Position numbers and translations under genes: made by a program
Shown here: positions 22,867-32,117 of the stretch, piece after piece
How the letters are laid out: the number at the start of each line of letters is the position of its first letter
Numbering within the stretch: position 1 is the first letter of the stretch
The notes under the pieces: generated by a model
Seen by the model: only the letters and a program-made list of their open reading frames with translations
Database searches by the model: none
What the model was told of the DNA's origin: nothing
DNA from: an uncultured Clostridium sp.
GTDB lineage: Bacteria; Bacillota; Clostridia; TANB77; CAG-508
NCBI GenBank assembly: GCA_900553945.1
Contig: USFR01000003.1
Coordinates: 22,568-86,567 of the forward strand
Reading direction: 5' to 3'
Length of the DNA: 64,000 nucleotides

Positions 22867-23237
22867 GAAAATTGTTGAGAAAAAAATCAGAGAATTTTAT
22901 TAAAAAGTAAAATTTTCCTTGCTAAATACAAAAATTTATGTTAAATTAAAAACATAGTGATAGACAAAAAAACCAATATGGGTATACATATCTTTGAAAC
23001 TATTGCTATAACTGATTTTGAAACGGATAATAAGGTGCTTTTGTGCGAGACATTTTTCGAATACGTCCTCCGCTAACGCACCAAACACATAACTTTGGTT
23101 ATGTGTTTTTTTATGCTTAAAGATAGATAAAAAAGTTACAAGGTTTATTAGAATAATTGTTTTTATGCTGATTTTGTGATATAAGTAAAATGCAAAATTT
23201 AAAATATAATAAAAAATACTGAAAGGTATGAGAAGAA

Positions 23238-24146
23238 ATGGAAGAATCTTTACTTGAATTTTATTTGAATAAATTAGAATATAGTAATAAACCCGAGTTT
23301 CTAAATAAATATTTGAATGTTCCCTGTTTAAAGAGATTGAAGAAGATATGCTATTTTTGTGGAATGGATTATGCGTCAAAGCATATATATAATTTTAAAG
23401 AAAAGATTACAAGATATGATCATTCGTTAACAGTTGCTTTGCTAACTTGGAAATGTACAAAAGATAAAAAAGCAACTTTGGCAGGATTATTTCATGATAT
23501 TGCTACTCCTTGTTTTTCACATGTAATAGATTATATGAATAAGGATTATGCTAATCAAGAAAGTACAGAAGAGAATACGGAAAAAATATTAAAAAATGAT
23601 ACGTATTTGAGAAAGTGTTTGAAGGAAGATGATATTGAAATTGAAAATATTATTGATTTTAAGCAATATAATATCGTGGATAATAATCGACCCAAAGTAT
23701 GTGCAGATAGATTAGACGGAGTAATACTTACAGGAATTGCTTGGACAAAAAATGTGGATTATGAAGTTATAGATAATATTATAAATGATATAGAAATTTT
23801 TGATAATGAAATAGGATTTAAGACGAAAAGTGTTGCAAATAAAGTTTTAGAAATTAGTGAGAGTATTGATCTTTATTGTCATTCTAATGAGGATAATTAT
23901 ATGATGGAACTTTTAGCAGCTATAACTAAATATGGAATTGATAATAAATATATTACATATGAAGATTTATATGTGCTTAATGAAGAGGATTTAATTTACA
24001 GGTTAAAGAGCGTTAATGATTCAAAATTACTTGAGTATTTTGATAAATTTGAAAATATAACATTAGATGAAATCCCAAGTATTTGTTTACCAAATATAAA
24101 GATAAGAAGTTTAAATCCTTTAGTGCAAGGAAAGAGAATAAAGTAA
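23238..24146 (+). CDS. HD-domain phosphohydrolase
   Basis: 302 aa. H...HD...D metal-binding set (YDHSL, LFHDIATP, CADRLDG). Confidence 0.7.
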   Translation: MEESLLEFYLNKLEYSNKPEFLNKYLNVPCLKRLKKICYFCGMDYASKHIYNFKEKITRYDHSLTVALLTWKCTKDKKATLAGLFHDIATPCFSHVIDYMNKDYANQESTEENTEKILKNDTYLRKCLKEDDIEIENIIDFKQYNIVDNNRPKVCADRLDGVILTGIAWTKNVDYEVIDNIINDIEIFDNEIGFKTKSVANKVLEISESIDLYCHSNEDNYMMELLAAITKYGIDNKYITYEDLYVLNEEDLIYRLKSVNDSKLLEYFDKFENITLDEIPSICLPNIKIRSLNPLVQGKRIK

Positions 24147-24170
24147 AAATTTAAAAATAAAATATTGAGA

Positions 24171-24213
24171 AAGCTAGAAATCGATTTTAAGAAATCGTTT
24201 TCTAGCTTTTTTT
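24171..24213 (+). terminator. rho-independent terminator
   Basis: AAGCTAGAAATCGATTTTAAGAAATCGTTTTCTAGCTT nested hairpin followed by TTTTT. Confidence 0.7.
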
Positions 24214-24239
24214 CATAAATTATAGTGAAGGGAGAAAAA

Positions 24240-25604
24240 ATGAAAAAATATAAGAAAAGTTTAATTATAGTTATAATTTTAGGCTGTTTATTGATTTTAA
24301 AGTGTTTAGCAGGAATAGTTATAAAAAATGAAAATTTAAATAATTCGATAGATGAAATGCAGAATGTAATTAATAATGAAATACAATTTTATGAAATGAC
24401 AGAAGAAGAAATTATAGAATTGAAGACTGCAGAGATTATTGAGCGAAACGAAATTGATGAACAAAATCTAGAACAAGAGGTAGAAGATGAAGGTTTCGAA
24501 TTGCAAGGAGATATTGCATACGAGGGTGATAAGGCTAGAAGTTGGAATGTGACATTGGGTAATTATAAAGGTTTAACTTATTATTCTCAAATTGATAATA
24601 GATGGAGAAATAAAAGATATTCATCTACAGGAAATGTATCTCAAACAATTGGTTCAAGTGGTTGTGGACCAACGAGTGCTAGTATGATTGTAACTGCTTG
24701 CAAAGGTGCAATAACTCCTGATGTAATGTCTGATTTGTTTGTGAAATATGGTTACAGAAGTGCTAATAATGGAACTTATTGGAGTGCATTTAGAGCAATA
24801 GCTGATGAATTTGACATTGGGTATTCTGAAACAACTAATTTTCAAAGAGCAATTGAGTTATTAAGAAATAATAATTATGTTGTGGCTTCTGTAGGAAATG
24901 GATTATTTACAACTGGAGGACATATTATTGTTTTAACTGGAATAGATGGAGATACTATAAAAATATATGATCCTTATTTATATGCTGGAAAATTTGAAAC
25001 AAGTACAAGAAGAGGAAAAGTAACAGTTGTAGGAAATACAGTGTATGTATCTGTACAAAATTTTAGAAATTATGCGAACGCAAAAGGTTTCTTTTGTTAT
25101 AAGCATGATGAAAATGTTCAAGAAAATAATATTAAGCCAGTAGTTGTACAGCCATATACAAGGTATGTTAAAGCAAATGGCGGTTTAAATATTAGAAGTT
25201 CACCTAATGGAAATAGAATTGGAGCAATAAGAAATGGCGAACAAATAACTGTTTATGAAACCTCAGGTAATTGGTCAAGAATAGGTGCTGGAAAGTGGGT
25301 TAGATCTGATTATTTAGTTAGTTCAACATCTAATTATACGAATAAGGAGAAAGGTGAAAAATATTCAGTAGGTGGATATAGAGTTACATCTAGTGTCCTT
25401 AATGTGAGAAATGGCCCTTCAACGAATTATAGTAGTAAAAGGTATTATCAACTTTCTTCTAATGCAAGACTTCAAAATCGTAGATTGGGTGGAGAATGTA
25501 ATGGATATAGAAGAGGTGTTGTTTTTACAGTTTCAAAAATTATAAACAATTGGGGATATTCACCAAGTGGTTGGGTATGTTTGGATTATTGTTATAAATA
25601 TTAA
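24240..25604 (+). CDS. Secreted C39-like papain-fold cysteine peptidase with C-terminal SH3b domains (putative cell-wall hydrolase)
   Basis: Signal peptide/TM at N-terminus. GSSGCGPTSASM catalytic-Cys region and GGHIIVLTG His region. C-terminal SH3_3-like repeats (GLNIRSSPNG...). Confidence 0.65.
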   Translation: MKKYKKSLIIVIILGCLLILKCLAGIVIKNENLNNSIDEMQNVINNEIQFYEMTEEEIIELKTAEIIERNEIDEQNLEQEVEDEGFELQGDIAYEGDKARSWNVTLGNYKGLTYYSQIDNRWRNKRYSSTGNVSQTIGSSGCGPTSASMIVTACKGAITPDVMSDLFVKYGYRSANNGTYWSAFRAIADEFDIGYSETTNFQRAIELLRNNNYVVASVGNGLFTTGGHIIVLTGIDGDTIKIYDPYLYAGKFETSTRRGKVTVVGNTVYVSVQNFRNYANAKGFFCYKHDENVQENNIKPVVVQPYTRYVKANGGLNIRSSPNGNRIGAIRNGEQITVYETSGNWSRIGAGKWVRSDYLVSSTSNYTNKEKGEKYSVGGYRVTSSVLNVRNGPSTNYSSKRYYQLSSNARLQNRRLGGECNGYRRGVVFTVSKIINNWGYSPSGWVCLDYCYKY

Positions 25605-25610
25605 TAAAGA

Positions 25611-25643
25611 AGCAGGAGAAACAATTTGTTTTTTCTGCTTTTT
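25611..25643 (+). terminator. rho-independent terminator immediately preceding the intron
   Basis: AGCAGGAGAAACAA/TTGTTTTTTCTGCT hairpin followed by TTTT. The intron 5' end starts right after it. Confidence 0.7.
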
Positions 25644-27530
25644 GTGTGCGACAGGCATGTCGTTTAGCTAATCGGTGAGAGCCCGTATTGGAGGTATATA
25701 TCGCCAACCAATTAGAGAAACACAAGCTATCCATCGTGAGGTGGAAGTGGAGGAAGTGTGTATCAAAATCATGGCTCGATGTACAAAAACTTGATATTAA
25801 GGCTATGCAAGAGGGGAAGACTGCACAACAAGTCAAAGCCCAAAAGATATACGTAACCTTGTATAGTAAATCAAGCGAGTAAATGAGGAAAGTTAAACGG
25901 CTTACCCTGTGAGGTCTTGTGAGCATAGAGTAGTTAGGAAACGACGAGGAGTACATAGAATGAAGTATGGTCGAAAAAGGTTTATCACAAGAAGTCAGCA
26001 GAGGTCATAGTAGGAAAAATTTTTTTTTCGAAGGACTGAACAATTTGTAGTGTTTTCACTACCGAAAAATTTAGTGATAGATAATAGTTAGAATGTGTTA
26101 ATGAGGAGAGTATGAGCGTATCTCAGAGGGTTACTCAAAATCCAATATTTTATCTATCTACGGAAAGAAAAAGAGGAAACAGATATGGAACTTTTAGAAG
26201 AAATTCTTAATCAAAACAATTTAAACAAGGCATACAAGAAAGTTGTAGCAAACAAAGGTGAAGCAGGAGCTGATGGGATAACAGTAGAAGAAGAATTTGA
26301 TTACTTAAAAGAAAACAAAGACAGAATAATAAACCAAATAAGAAAAAGAAAATATAAACCGCAACCTGTGAAAAGAGTCCAAATACCAAAAGAAAATGGT
26401 AAAATGAGAAATCTAGGAATACCAACAGTGACAGATAGAATAATACAACAAGCAATATCTCAAGTAATAAGCCCAATTTTTGAAAAGCAATTTAATGATA
26501 ATAGTTTTGGATTTAGACCTAATAGAAGCTGTGAACAAGCAGTAATTAGGGCATTGGAATATTTGAATGATGGATATGAATGGATAGTGGACATTGACTT
26601 AGAAAAATTTTTCGACACAGTAAATCAAGATAAATTAATAACAATAATAGGAAAGACAATAGCTGATGGAGATGTGGTGTCATTAATTAGAAAATATCTA
26701 AGTGCAGGAGTAATGGAAAAAGGAATAGTTAAAGCAACAACAGTAGGAACACCACAAGGAGGAAATCTAAGCCCATTATTAAGTAATATAATGTTAAATG
26801 AACTAGATAAAGAACTTGAGGCAAGAGGACTAAACTTTGTAAGATATGCTGATGACTGTATAATACTTGTTAAAAGTGAAAAAGCAGCAAACCGAGTTTT
26901 GGCATCAATAACAAAATTTATTGAAAAGAAACTAGGATTAAAAGTAAATGCAGAAAAGAGCAAGGTAACAAGACCAACACAAACGAAATACTTAGGATTT
27001 AGTTTTTGGAAAAGTCCAAAAGGACAATGGAAACCAAAACCACACCTAAAATCATATCAAAAACTAGTAAGAAAACTAAAACAGTTAACCGATAGAAGTT
27101 TGAGTATTAGCTTAGATAATAGAATTAAGAAAATAAATTATGTTGTTAGAGGTTGGGTAAATTACTTTAGAATAGCAAATATGAAAAATAAAATCACTGA
27201 AATTGATGAACACCTAAGGGTAAGAATAAGAGTTATAATTTGGAAACAATGGAAAAAGATACGTAAGAAATGTGAAAGCTTACAAAAATTAGGAGTCCCA
27301 TTTGAAATAGCATTTAATTGTGCAAATACAAGAAAAGGTTATTATCAAATATGCAAAACTAGATATATACAGTTTGCAATAAATAATGAAAGATTAAGAA
27401 AAAGAGGTCTAGTATTCCTACTAGACCAATATGAAAAAGTTCATATTTAATATAAATTGAACCGCCACTTGCGAGAACCGCTTGAGTGGTGGTGAGAGAG
27501 GGGAAAAACACACTAAGTGTTATCCTCTAC
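25644..27530 (+). mobile_element. Group II intron (bacterial class C-like)
   Basis: 5' GUGUGCG/GUGCG at 25644-25650, directly after a terminator U-tract. About 540 bp of structured RNA comes before the IEP ORF in domain IV. A domain V/VI-like hairpin region follows the ORF (27455-27530), ending ...TATCCTCTAC. Confidence 0.8.
26185..27450 (+). CDS. Group II intron reverse transcriptase/maturase (no endonuclease domain)
   Basis: 421 aa. RT motifs RNLGIPTVTDRIIQQA, FGFRPNRSCEQA, GTPQGGNLSPLLSN and YADD. Maturase X domain RGWVNYF. Ends without an HNH/En domain. Confidence 0.9.
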   Translation: MELLEEILNQNNLNKAYKKVVANKGEAGADGITVEEEFDYLKENKDRIINQIRKRKYKPQPVKRVQIPKENGKMRNLGIPTVTDRIIQQAISQVISPIFEKQFNDNSFGFRPNRSCEQAVIRALEYLNDGYEWIVDIDLEKFFDTVNQDKLITIIGKTIADGDVVSLIRKYLSAGVMEKGIVKATTVGTPQGGNLSPLLSNIMLNELDKELEARGLNFVRYADDCIILVKSEKAANRVLASITKFIEKKLGLKVNAEKSKVTRPTQTKYLGFSFWKSPKGQWKPKPHLKSYQKLVRKLKQLTDRSLSISLDNRIKKINYVVRGWVNYFRIANMKNKITEIDEHLRVRIRVIIWKQWKKIRKKCESLQKLGVPFEIAFNCANTRKGYYQICKTRYIQFAINNERLRKRGLVFLLDQYEKVHI

Positions 27531-27635
27531 TCGATTTGAATTAATAAAGAAGTATATATATAATTTTAATAAAAGTTGAACCAAATTAAAAGATGTATCG
27601 TCTAATGGGTAAGAATATAGAAAGGATTAAAAAAA

Positions 27636-28133
27636 ATGAGTATTGAATTAAATAGTTTTACAAATCTTATAGAGGAAAATAAGCTTAGATTTTATAAAAC
27701 TGCTAAAGCAATATTAAAAAACGATGATGATGTTTATGATGCATTGCAAGAAGCTTTAATGAGTATTTATCAGAATTTTAGGCAATTAAAAGATTTGAAA
27801 TTTTTCTCAACATGGGCTACAAGAATTGTAATTAATAAATGCTATGATTTATTAAGAAAAAATAAGAATAATATTGTTCCTTTTGATGAAAGTATGGAAA
27901 ATAATCTTAATAATTCAAGAAATGATGTTTATGATATTGATCAATATGGAATAAGACTAGCGATAGAAAGCTTAAATGAAGATTTGAAATTAATTACTAT
28001 TCTTTACTATTATGATGATTATTCTGTAAATGAAATTTCAGAAATAGTTGATATTCCGGTAGGAACTGTGAAATCAAGGTTATCACGTGCTAGAGAATTT
28101 TTGAAAAATAAATTAGGAAAGGAGGAGTTTTAA
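27636..28133 (+). CDS. ECF-like sigma-70 family RNA polymerase sigma factor
   Basis: 165 aa. Region 2 (ALQEALMSIYQNF...FSTWATRIVINKCYDLLRK). Region 4 HTH (YSVNEISEIVDIPVGTVKSRLSRAREFL). Confidence 0.8.
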   Translation: MSIELNSFTNLIEENKLRFYKTAKAILKNDDDVYDALQEALMSIYQNFRQLKDLKFFSTWATRIVINKCYDLLRKNKNNIVPFDESMENNLNNSRNDVYDIDQYGIRLAIESLNEDLKLITILYYYDDYSVNEISEIVDIPVGTVKSRLSRAREFLKNKLGKEEF

Positions 28134-28134
28134 A

Positions 28135-29682
28135 ATGAAAGATGAAGAATTTGATAAATTGTTAAAAAAACAAATGAAATCGGATACATACATTCCAGAA
28201 AAAATAGATAAGCTTTTTTCTGATTTTGGAAAAAATAAAATTGATGATAATCATAAGGTATATAAGTTTAGACGATATCTAAAATCTGTATCAATTGCTG
28301 CATGTGCTATGTTGGTAATTTTTGTAGGAGGTTGCACATATGCTCATGTTAATGGAACAAAAACAATTATTTCACCTATATTGAGTAAATTAGGTATTAA
28401 TAGTAAGTATGAAGAAAATTCAACTAAATTTAATGATGAGGTTGTTAGTGAAAATGTTAAGATTAAATTAAAAGATGGGGCAATTGATGATACTACATTG
28501 ATTTTAGGATACGAAATAGAGATTGCTAATAGTAATCCCGATATATGGCTTGAAATAATTGGCGAGTATGAAATTAATGGAATGAATTTTGAACCAGTAA
28601 ATTCTACAGTTGATAAGATTTCTGATGGTGAATATGTTTATTATCAAGTATTTGATGTTAGTGAGATTATGATTGATAATCCAGAAAATGTTTATATAAG
28701 TTCGAAGATTTCTGAAATTAAAGAATATACTGAATGTGAGAATGAAAATTCTGCTTATCCTGTTTATGGAGATAGTTTGAAAGGTGAATGGAATTTTGAT
28801 GAGTCTATATCAGTTAAAAATTTAGAAGAAAATAAAAAATATGAATTTAATAATCCTCAAAAGTATGAAATTGCTGAAAATGTTAATGTGTCTGTTGCTG
28901 AATTTATAAAAGGTTCATATACTAATATTTTAAAAATTAAGGTGGATAAAACTAATTACACTGGAGATGATTTTGAGAAATATTATAAAGTTCTTGATGA
29001 TAAAAATAATGAGATCGCTATGTATAATGAAGAACAGAGAGAATATGATGATAGAGTATATAATGATAGGTTAGTTAGTGAGAAGATTAAAGAAAATTCT
29101 AAAATTAAGATGGAAATATATTTTAAGGAAAGTGGTAAAAAAGAATTTAATAAGGTAATAACTATTCCTATTGATTTATCAAAAGCTATAGAGAAGATTG
29201 AAAGCAAAGATGAATGGAAAGAATATGATGGGGATGATTATGGTTTTAAATATAACTCTAATTGGAAGGTTACTACTAATCTTGGAAAAGATAAACTTGG
29301 AGAAAATAGTATATATTTAGGAGCACTTGGAATAGAGATTCCTTCTACTACAAATTCTGAATATACTTCATCTATATATGTAAAAACTGTTAATAAGGAT
29401 ATTACATTGGATGAGTATGCAGAGGAAAGAAGAGAGATAAATAATAGTTCTGAATCAGGAGGATATAATGAAATTGAAAATGCAATGCTTAATCTAAAAA
29501 ATAATGAGGGATATCAAATAATTTATGAAACTTCTGATGGTTCTGAAAAATATATTTATGAAAATGTGTTTATAAAGGGTGAAGGAAAAATTTATGATAT
29601 AAGTTTTTTTGGTAGTGATAAGGAGTATAATAATTTAAAAAGTGCTATTAATAAATTTATTAATAGTTTTGAAATAAAATAA
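28135..29682 (+). CDS. Putative membrane-anchored anti-sigma factor (DUF4179-like)
   Basis: 515 aa. Starts 2 nt after the sigma factor stop. Short cytoplasmic N-terminus, single TM (SVSIAACAMLVIFVGG), large extracytoplasmic domain. Confidence 0.55.
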   Translation: MKDEEFDKLLKKQMKSDTYIPEKIDKLFSDFGKNKIDDNHKVYKFRRYLKSVSIAACAMLVIFVGGCTYAHVNGTKTIISPILSKLGINSKYEENSTKFNDEVVSENVKIKLKDGAIDDTTLILGYEIEIANSNPDIWLEIIGEYEINGMNFEPVNSTVDKISDGEYVYYQVFDVSEIMIDNPENVYISSKISEIKEYTECENENSAYPVYGDSLKGEWNFDESISVKNLEENKKYEFNNPQKYEIAENVNVSVAEFIKGSYTNILKIKVDKTNYTGDDFEKYYKVLDDKNNEIAMYNEEQREYDDRVYNDRLVSEKIKENSKIKMEIYFKESGKKEFNKVITIPIDLSKAIEKIESKDEWKEYDGDDYGFKYNSNWKVTTNLGKDKLGENSIYLGALGIEIPSTTNSEYTSSIYVKTVNKDITLDEYAEERREINNSSESGGYNEIENAMLNLKNNEGYQIIYETSDGSEKYIYENVFIKGEGKIYDISFFGSDKEYNNLKSAINKFINSFEIK

Positions 29683-29702
29683 AATTTAGTTATATAATTG
29701 AA

Positions 29703-29738
29703 AAAGCATGGTGGAGTTTATTCCACCATGCTTTTTAT
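29703..29738. terminator. Bidirectional rho-independent terminator
   Basis: AAAAAGCATGGTGGAGTTTATTCCACCATGCTTTTT between convergent genes. Confidence 0.75.
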
Positions 29739-30112
29739 AAAACTTGTAACAAATTATGCAGTCCATCTCGGAGTGCTTTTCTTGTTTTCCATTCTTCATC
29801 GTTTTCATCTTCGTTAAAGATGTCTTTGAAGTAGTTTGGATTGTTGAGGATATCATATGTTTCGCGTACAAGTATTACAAGGATTGCGTGCCGGTTATGT
29901 TCGAGTGCATGGTCAATTTCATAAATCATGTTTGCAATGGAGAACATGCCTGCTAAATCTTTGCAATCAATGTTTTTAAGATCTTTTGGGGAAGATGGAC
30001 CTCCTTTTGTAATTAGTTGTAGAGCTTCTGGCGCTGTAATGCATTGTACCGCTAGATTGCGTACTTCGTTGTTCCAAAGTTTTTCAAAATTCCACATACG
30101 ATAGTCAAACAT
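29735..30112 (-). CDS. Hypothetical protein, higher GC than surroundings
   Basis: 125 aa. Strong RBS AAGGAGG. GC-rich hairpin CGGAGGCACACGCCTCCG in the 5' UTR. About 38% GC versus ~28% for flanking sequence. Confidence 0.55.
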   Translation of the reverse strand: MFDYRMWNFEKLWNNEVRNLAVQCITAPEALQLITKGGPSSPKDLKNIDCKDLAGMFSIANMIYEIDHALEHNRHAILVILVRETYDILNNPNYFKDIFNEDENDEEWKTRKALRDGLHNLLQVL

Positions 30113-30318
30113 AATTAAACCTCCTTACTGTAGCCGGAGGCGTGTGCCTCCGAAAAATCTAAAGGCAACTAAAAAATTACAAAACTATTATATCATCATT
30201 TACATAATTTTGCTAGAAAATTTTTAAAAAATATTTACTGCTTCCAAATTATGACAATATTTGCAAGATTAATTAATTATAATTGATTTATGAAACTAAT
30301 GAGGAAAGGAAGATAAAT

Positions 30319-30774
30319 ATGAATAATTCTAAAAAAGAACAAGAGAATGTGAAACAAGTTATGGATCAGAAAATGCTTGAATGTATTGATTCTGAGCTAA
30401 AGAGATTGGAGGATGCTTCTAATATAGAAGAATACAAAAAAATAATTCATGAAAGAAGAATGGGGTTTAATTTAGTTTTTAGTGATTTTGATTTTTACAT
30501 AAAAATAATACGTAAGAAAAAAGCTTTTTTAAATAAGAGAAAAGCGGAAATTGGTTATAAAGAAATTTTGGATAAGATTTTAAAAGATAAGATAACACAT
30601 AAATTGGAACAGATTTATAAAAAGGCTGTTATTTGGGGTGAAGGAAGTGAAGAACTTTTTAATTGTAAGATTTCCCAGATAATAGATAGGCAAATTGGAA
30701 TTGGCGAAGTTTTGGATAATTATGATGAATGCATGAATTTAGTTAATTTATATCAGAAAAATGTAGTTAGATAA
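30319..30774 (+). CDS. Hypothetical protein
   Basis: 152 aa from ATG 30319 after RBS GAGGAAAGGAAG. Lys/Glu-rich. No recognisable motif. Confidence 0.45.
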   Translation: MNNSKKEQENVKQVMDQKMLECIDSELKRLEDASNIEEYKKIIHERRMGFNLVFSDFDFYIKIIRKKKAFLNKRKAEIGYKEILDKILKDKITHKLEQIYKKAVIWGEGSEELFNCKISQIIDRQIGIGEVLDNYDECMNLVNLYQKNVVR

Positions 30775-30878
30775 AAAGTACTTGTTAATTAAAAATATTA
30801 TCTATATAATTTATGTAAAAGTATAGTTATATTTTTAATGGTTATACTTAAGATAAGGAATTTTTAAGGAGGTTTTTT

Positions 30879-31955
30879 ATGGATAGAAAGGTAAGAGTTG
30901 TACAATACGGTACAGGCAAAATGTCAGTGTATACAATGAGATATGTATATGAAAAAGGTGCTGAAATAGTTGGAGCTTTTGATGTTAATCCTAATGTTAT
31001 TGGCAAAGATATAGGTGAAATTATGGGATGTGAACATAAAGGTGTTACTGTTTTAGATGTTAAAGATGCAAGAAGAGTTATGGAAGAATTAAAACCAGAT
31101 ATTTGTATAGTTACAACAATGAGTTTGATTGCTGATGTTGAAGAAGCTTTAATGCTATGTGCAGAACTTGGTGTAAATGCTATTACTACTTGTGAAGAGG
31201 CATTTTTCCCAGGAAACTCAAATCCAATTTTAACTCATAGATTAGATGAAATGGCTAGAAAAAATAATTGTACAATAACAGGTAGTGGATACCAAGATAT
31301 TTATTGGGGACAATTAATTTCTTCAATTGCTGGTTCAACACATAAAATAACAAAAATAAAAGGAAGTTCAAGCTATAATGTTGAAGATTATGGTATTGCA
31401 TTGGCTAAAGCACATGGTGCAGGACTTACATTAGAAGATTTTGATAAAGAAGTTGCTTCAGTTGATAAAATGTCAGATGAAGATAGATTAAAAATAATAG
31501 AGAGAGGAGAATATACTCCATCTTATATGTGGAATGTTAATGGATGGCTTGCTCAAAAACTTGGATTAACAGTTGTTTCTCAAAGACAAAAATGCATTCC
31601 GCAAACTCATGATACTGATTTATTCTCATCAACTTTAAATATGAATATTAAAGCAGGAGATGCAACAGGAATGAGTGCTGTTGTTACAACAGAAACTAAA
31701 GAAGGAATTACTATTGAATCTGAATGTATAGGAAAGGTTTATGCTGAAGATGAATTTGATAAAAATGAGTGGACAATTTGTGGAGAACCTGATACTACAA
31801 TAGTTGTTGCTAGACCTTGTACTGTTGAATTAACTTGTGCAAGTATAGTTAATAGAATTCCAGATGTTATTAATGCTGAAGCTGGATATGTTCCAACAGC
31901 TCAAATGCCGGATTTAGAATATAGAATTAAACCTTTAAATGAATATGTAAAATAG
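30879..31955 (+). CDS. NAD(P)-dependent amine dehydrogenase / DapB-like (2,4-diaminopentanoate dehydrogenase family)
   Basis: 358 aa. N-terminal Rossmann VVQYGTGKMSVYTMRYV. Overall length and pattern match the DapB-like amine dehydrogenase family. Confidence 0.6.
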   Translation: MDRKVRVVQYGTGKMSVYTMRYVYEKGAEIVGAFDVNPNVIGKDIGEIMGCEHKGVTVLDVKDARRVMEELKPDICIVTTMSLIADVEEALMLCAELGVNAITTCEEAFFPGNSNPILTHRLDEMARKNNCTITGSGYQDIYWGQLISSIAGSTHKITKIKGSSSYNVEDYGIALAKAHGAGLTLEDFDKEVASVDKMSDEDRLKIIERGEYTPSYMWNVNGWLAQKLGLTVVSQRQKCIPQTHDTDLFSSTLNMNIKAGDATGMSAVVTTETKEGITIESECIGKVYAEDEFDKNEWTICGEPDTTIVVARPCTVELTCASIVNRIPDVINAEAGYVPTAQMPDLEYRIKPLNEYVK

Positions 31956-32117
31956 ATTTTGTGTATTACAAAGGGAAATTGGATTAGACCAGTTTCTCTT
32001 TTTTGCTTGAAAACCAAATTAAAAAAGTGTGTGATATAGTCAAGTTATTATTGACGATTTTGCTATTTATATATATACTAATAATGAATATTTTATGGTT
32101 TTATAAGGAGAAAATCA

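Noticed and set aside
22936-23379. 147-aa minus-strand ORF spanning the intergenic gap and the HD gene start
   Set aside because: No RBS. It crosses a + strand terminator and overlaps a better-supported + strand gene. AT-rich antisense artefact.
25540-25956. ORFs on both strands between the peptidase gene and the intron IEP
   Set aside because: They lie within group II intron RNA domains I-III. No RBS. Their composition reflects structured RNA.
27455-27530. Exact domain V/VI fold of the intron
   Set aside because: A hairpin CCGCCACT...AGTGGTGG and a distal GAGGGG...CCTCTAC stem are visible. I could not confidently place the AGC triad or bulged A by eye. The 3' boundary is approximate.
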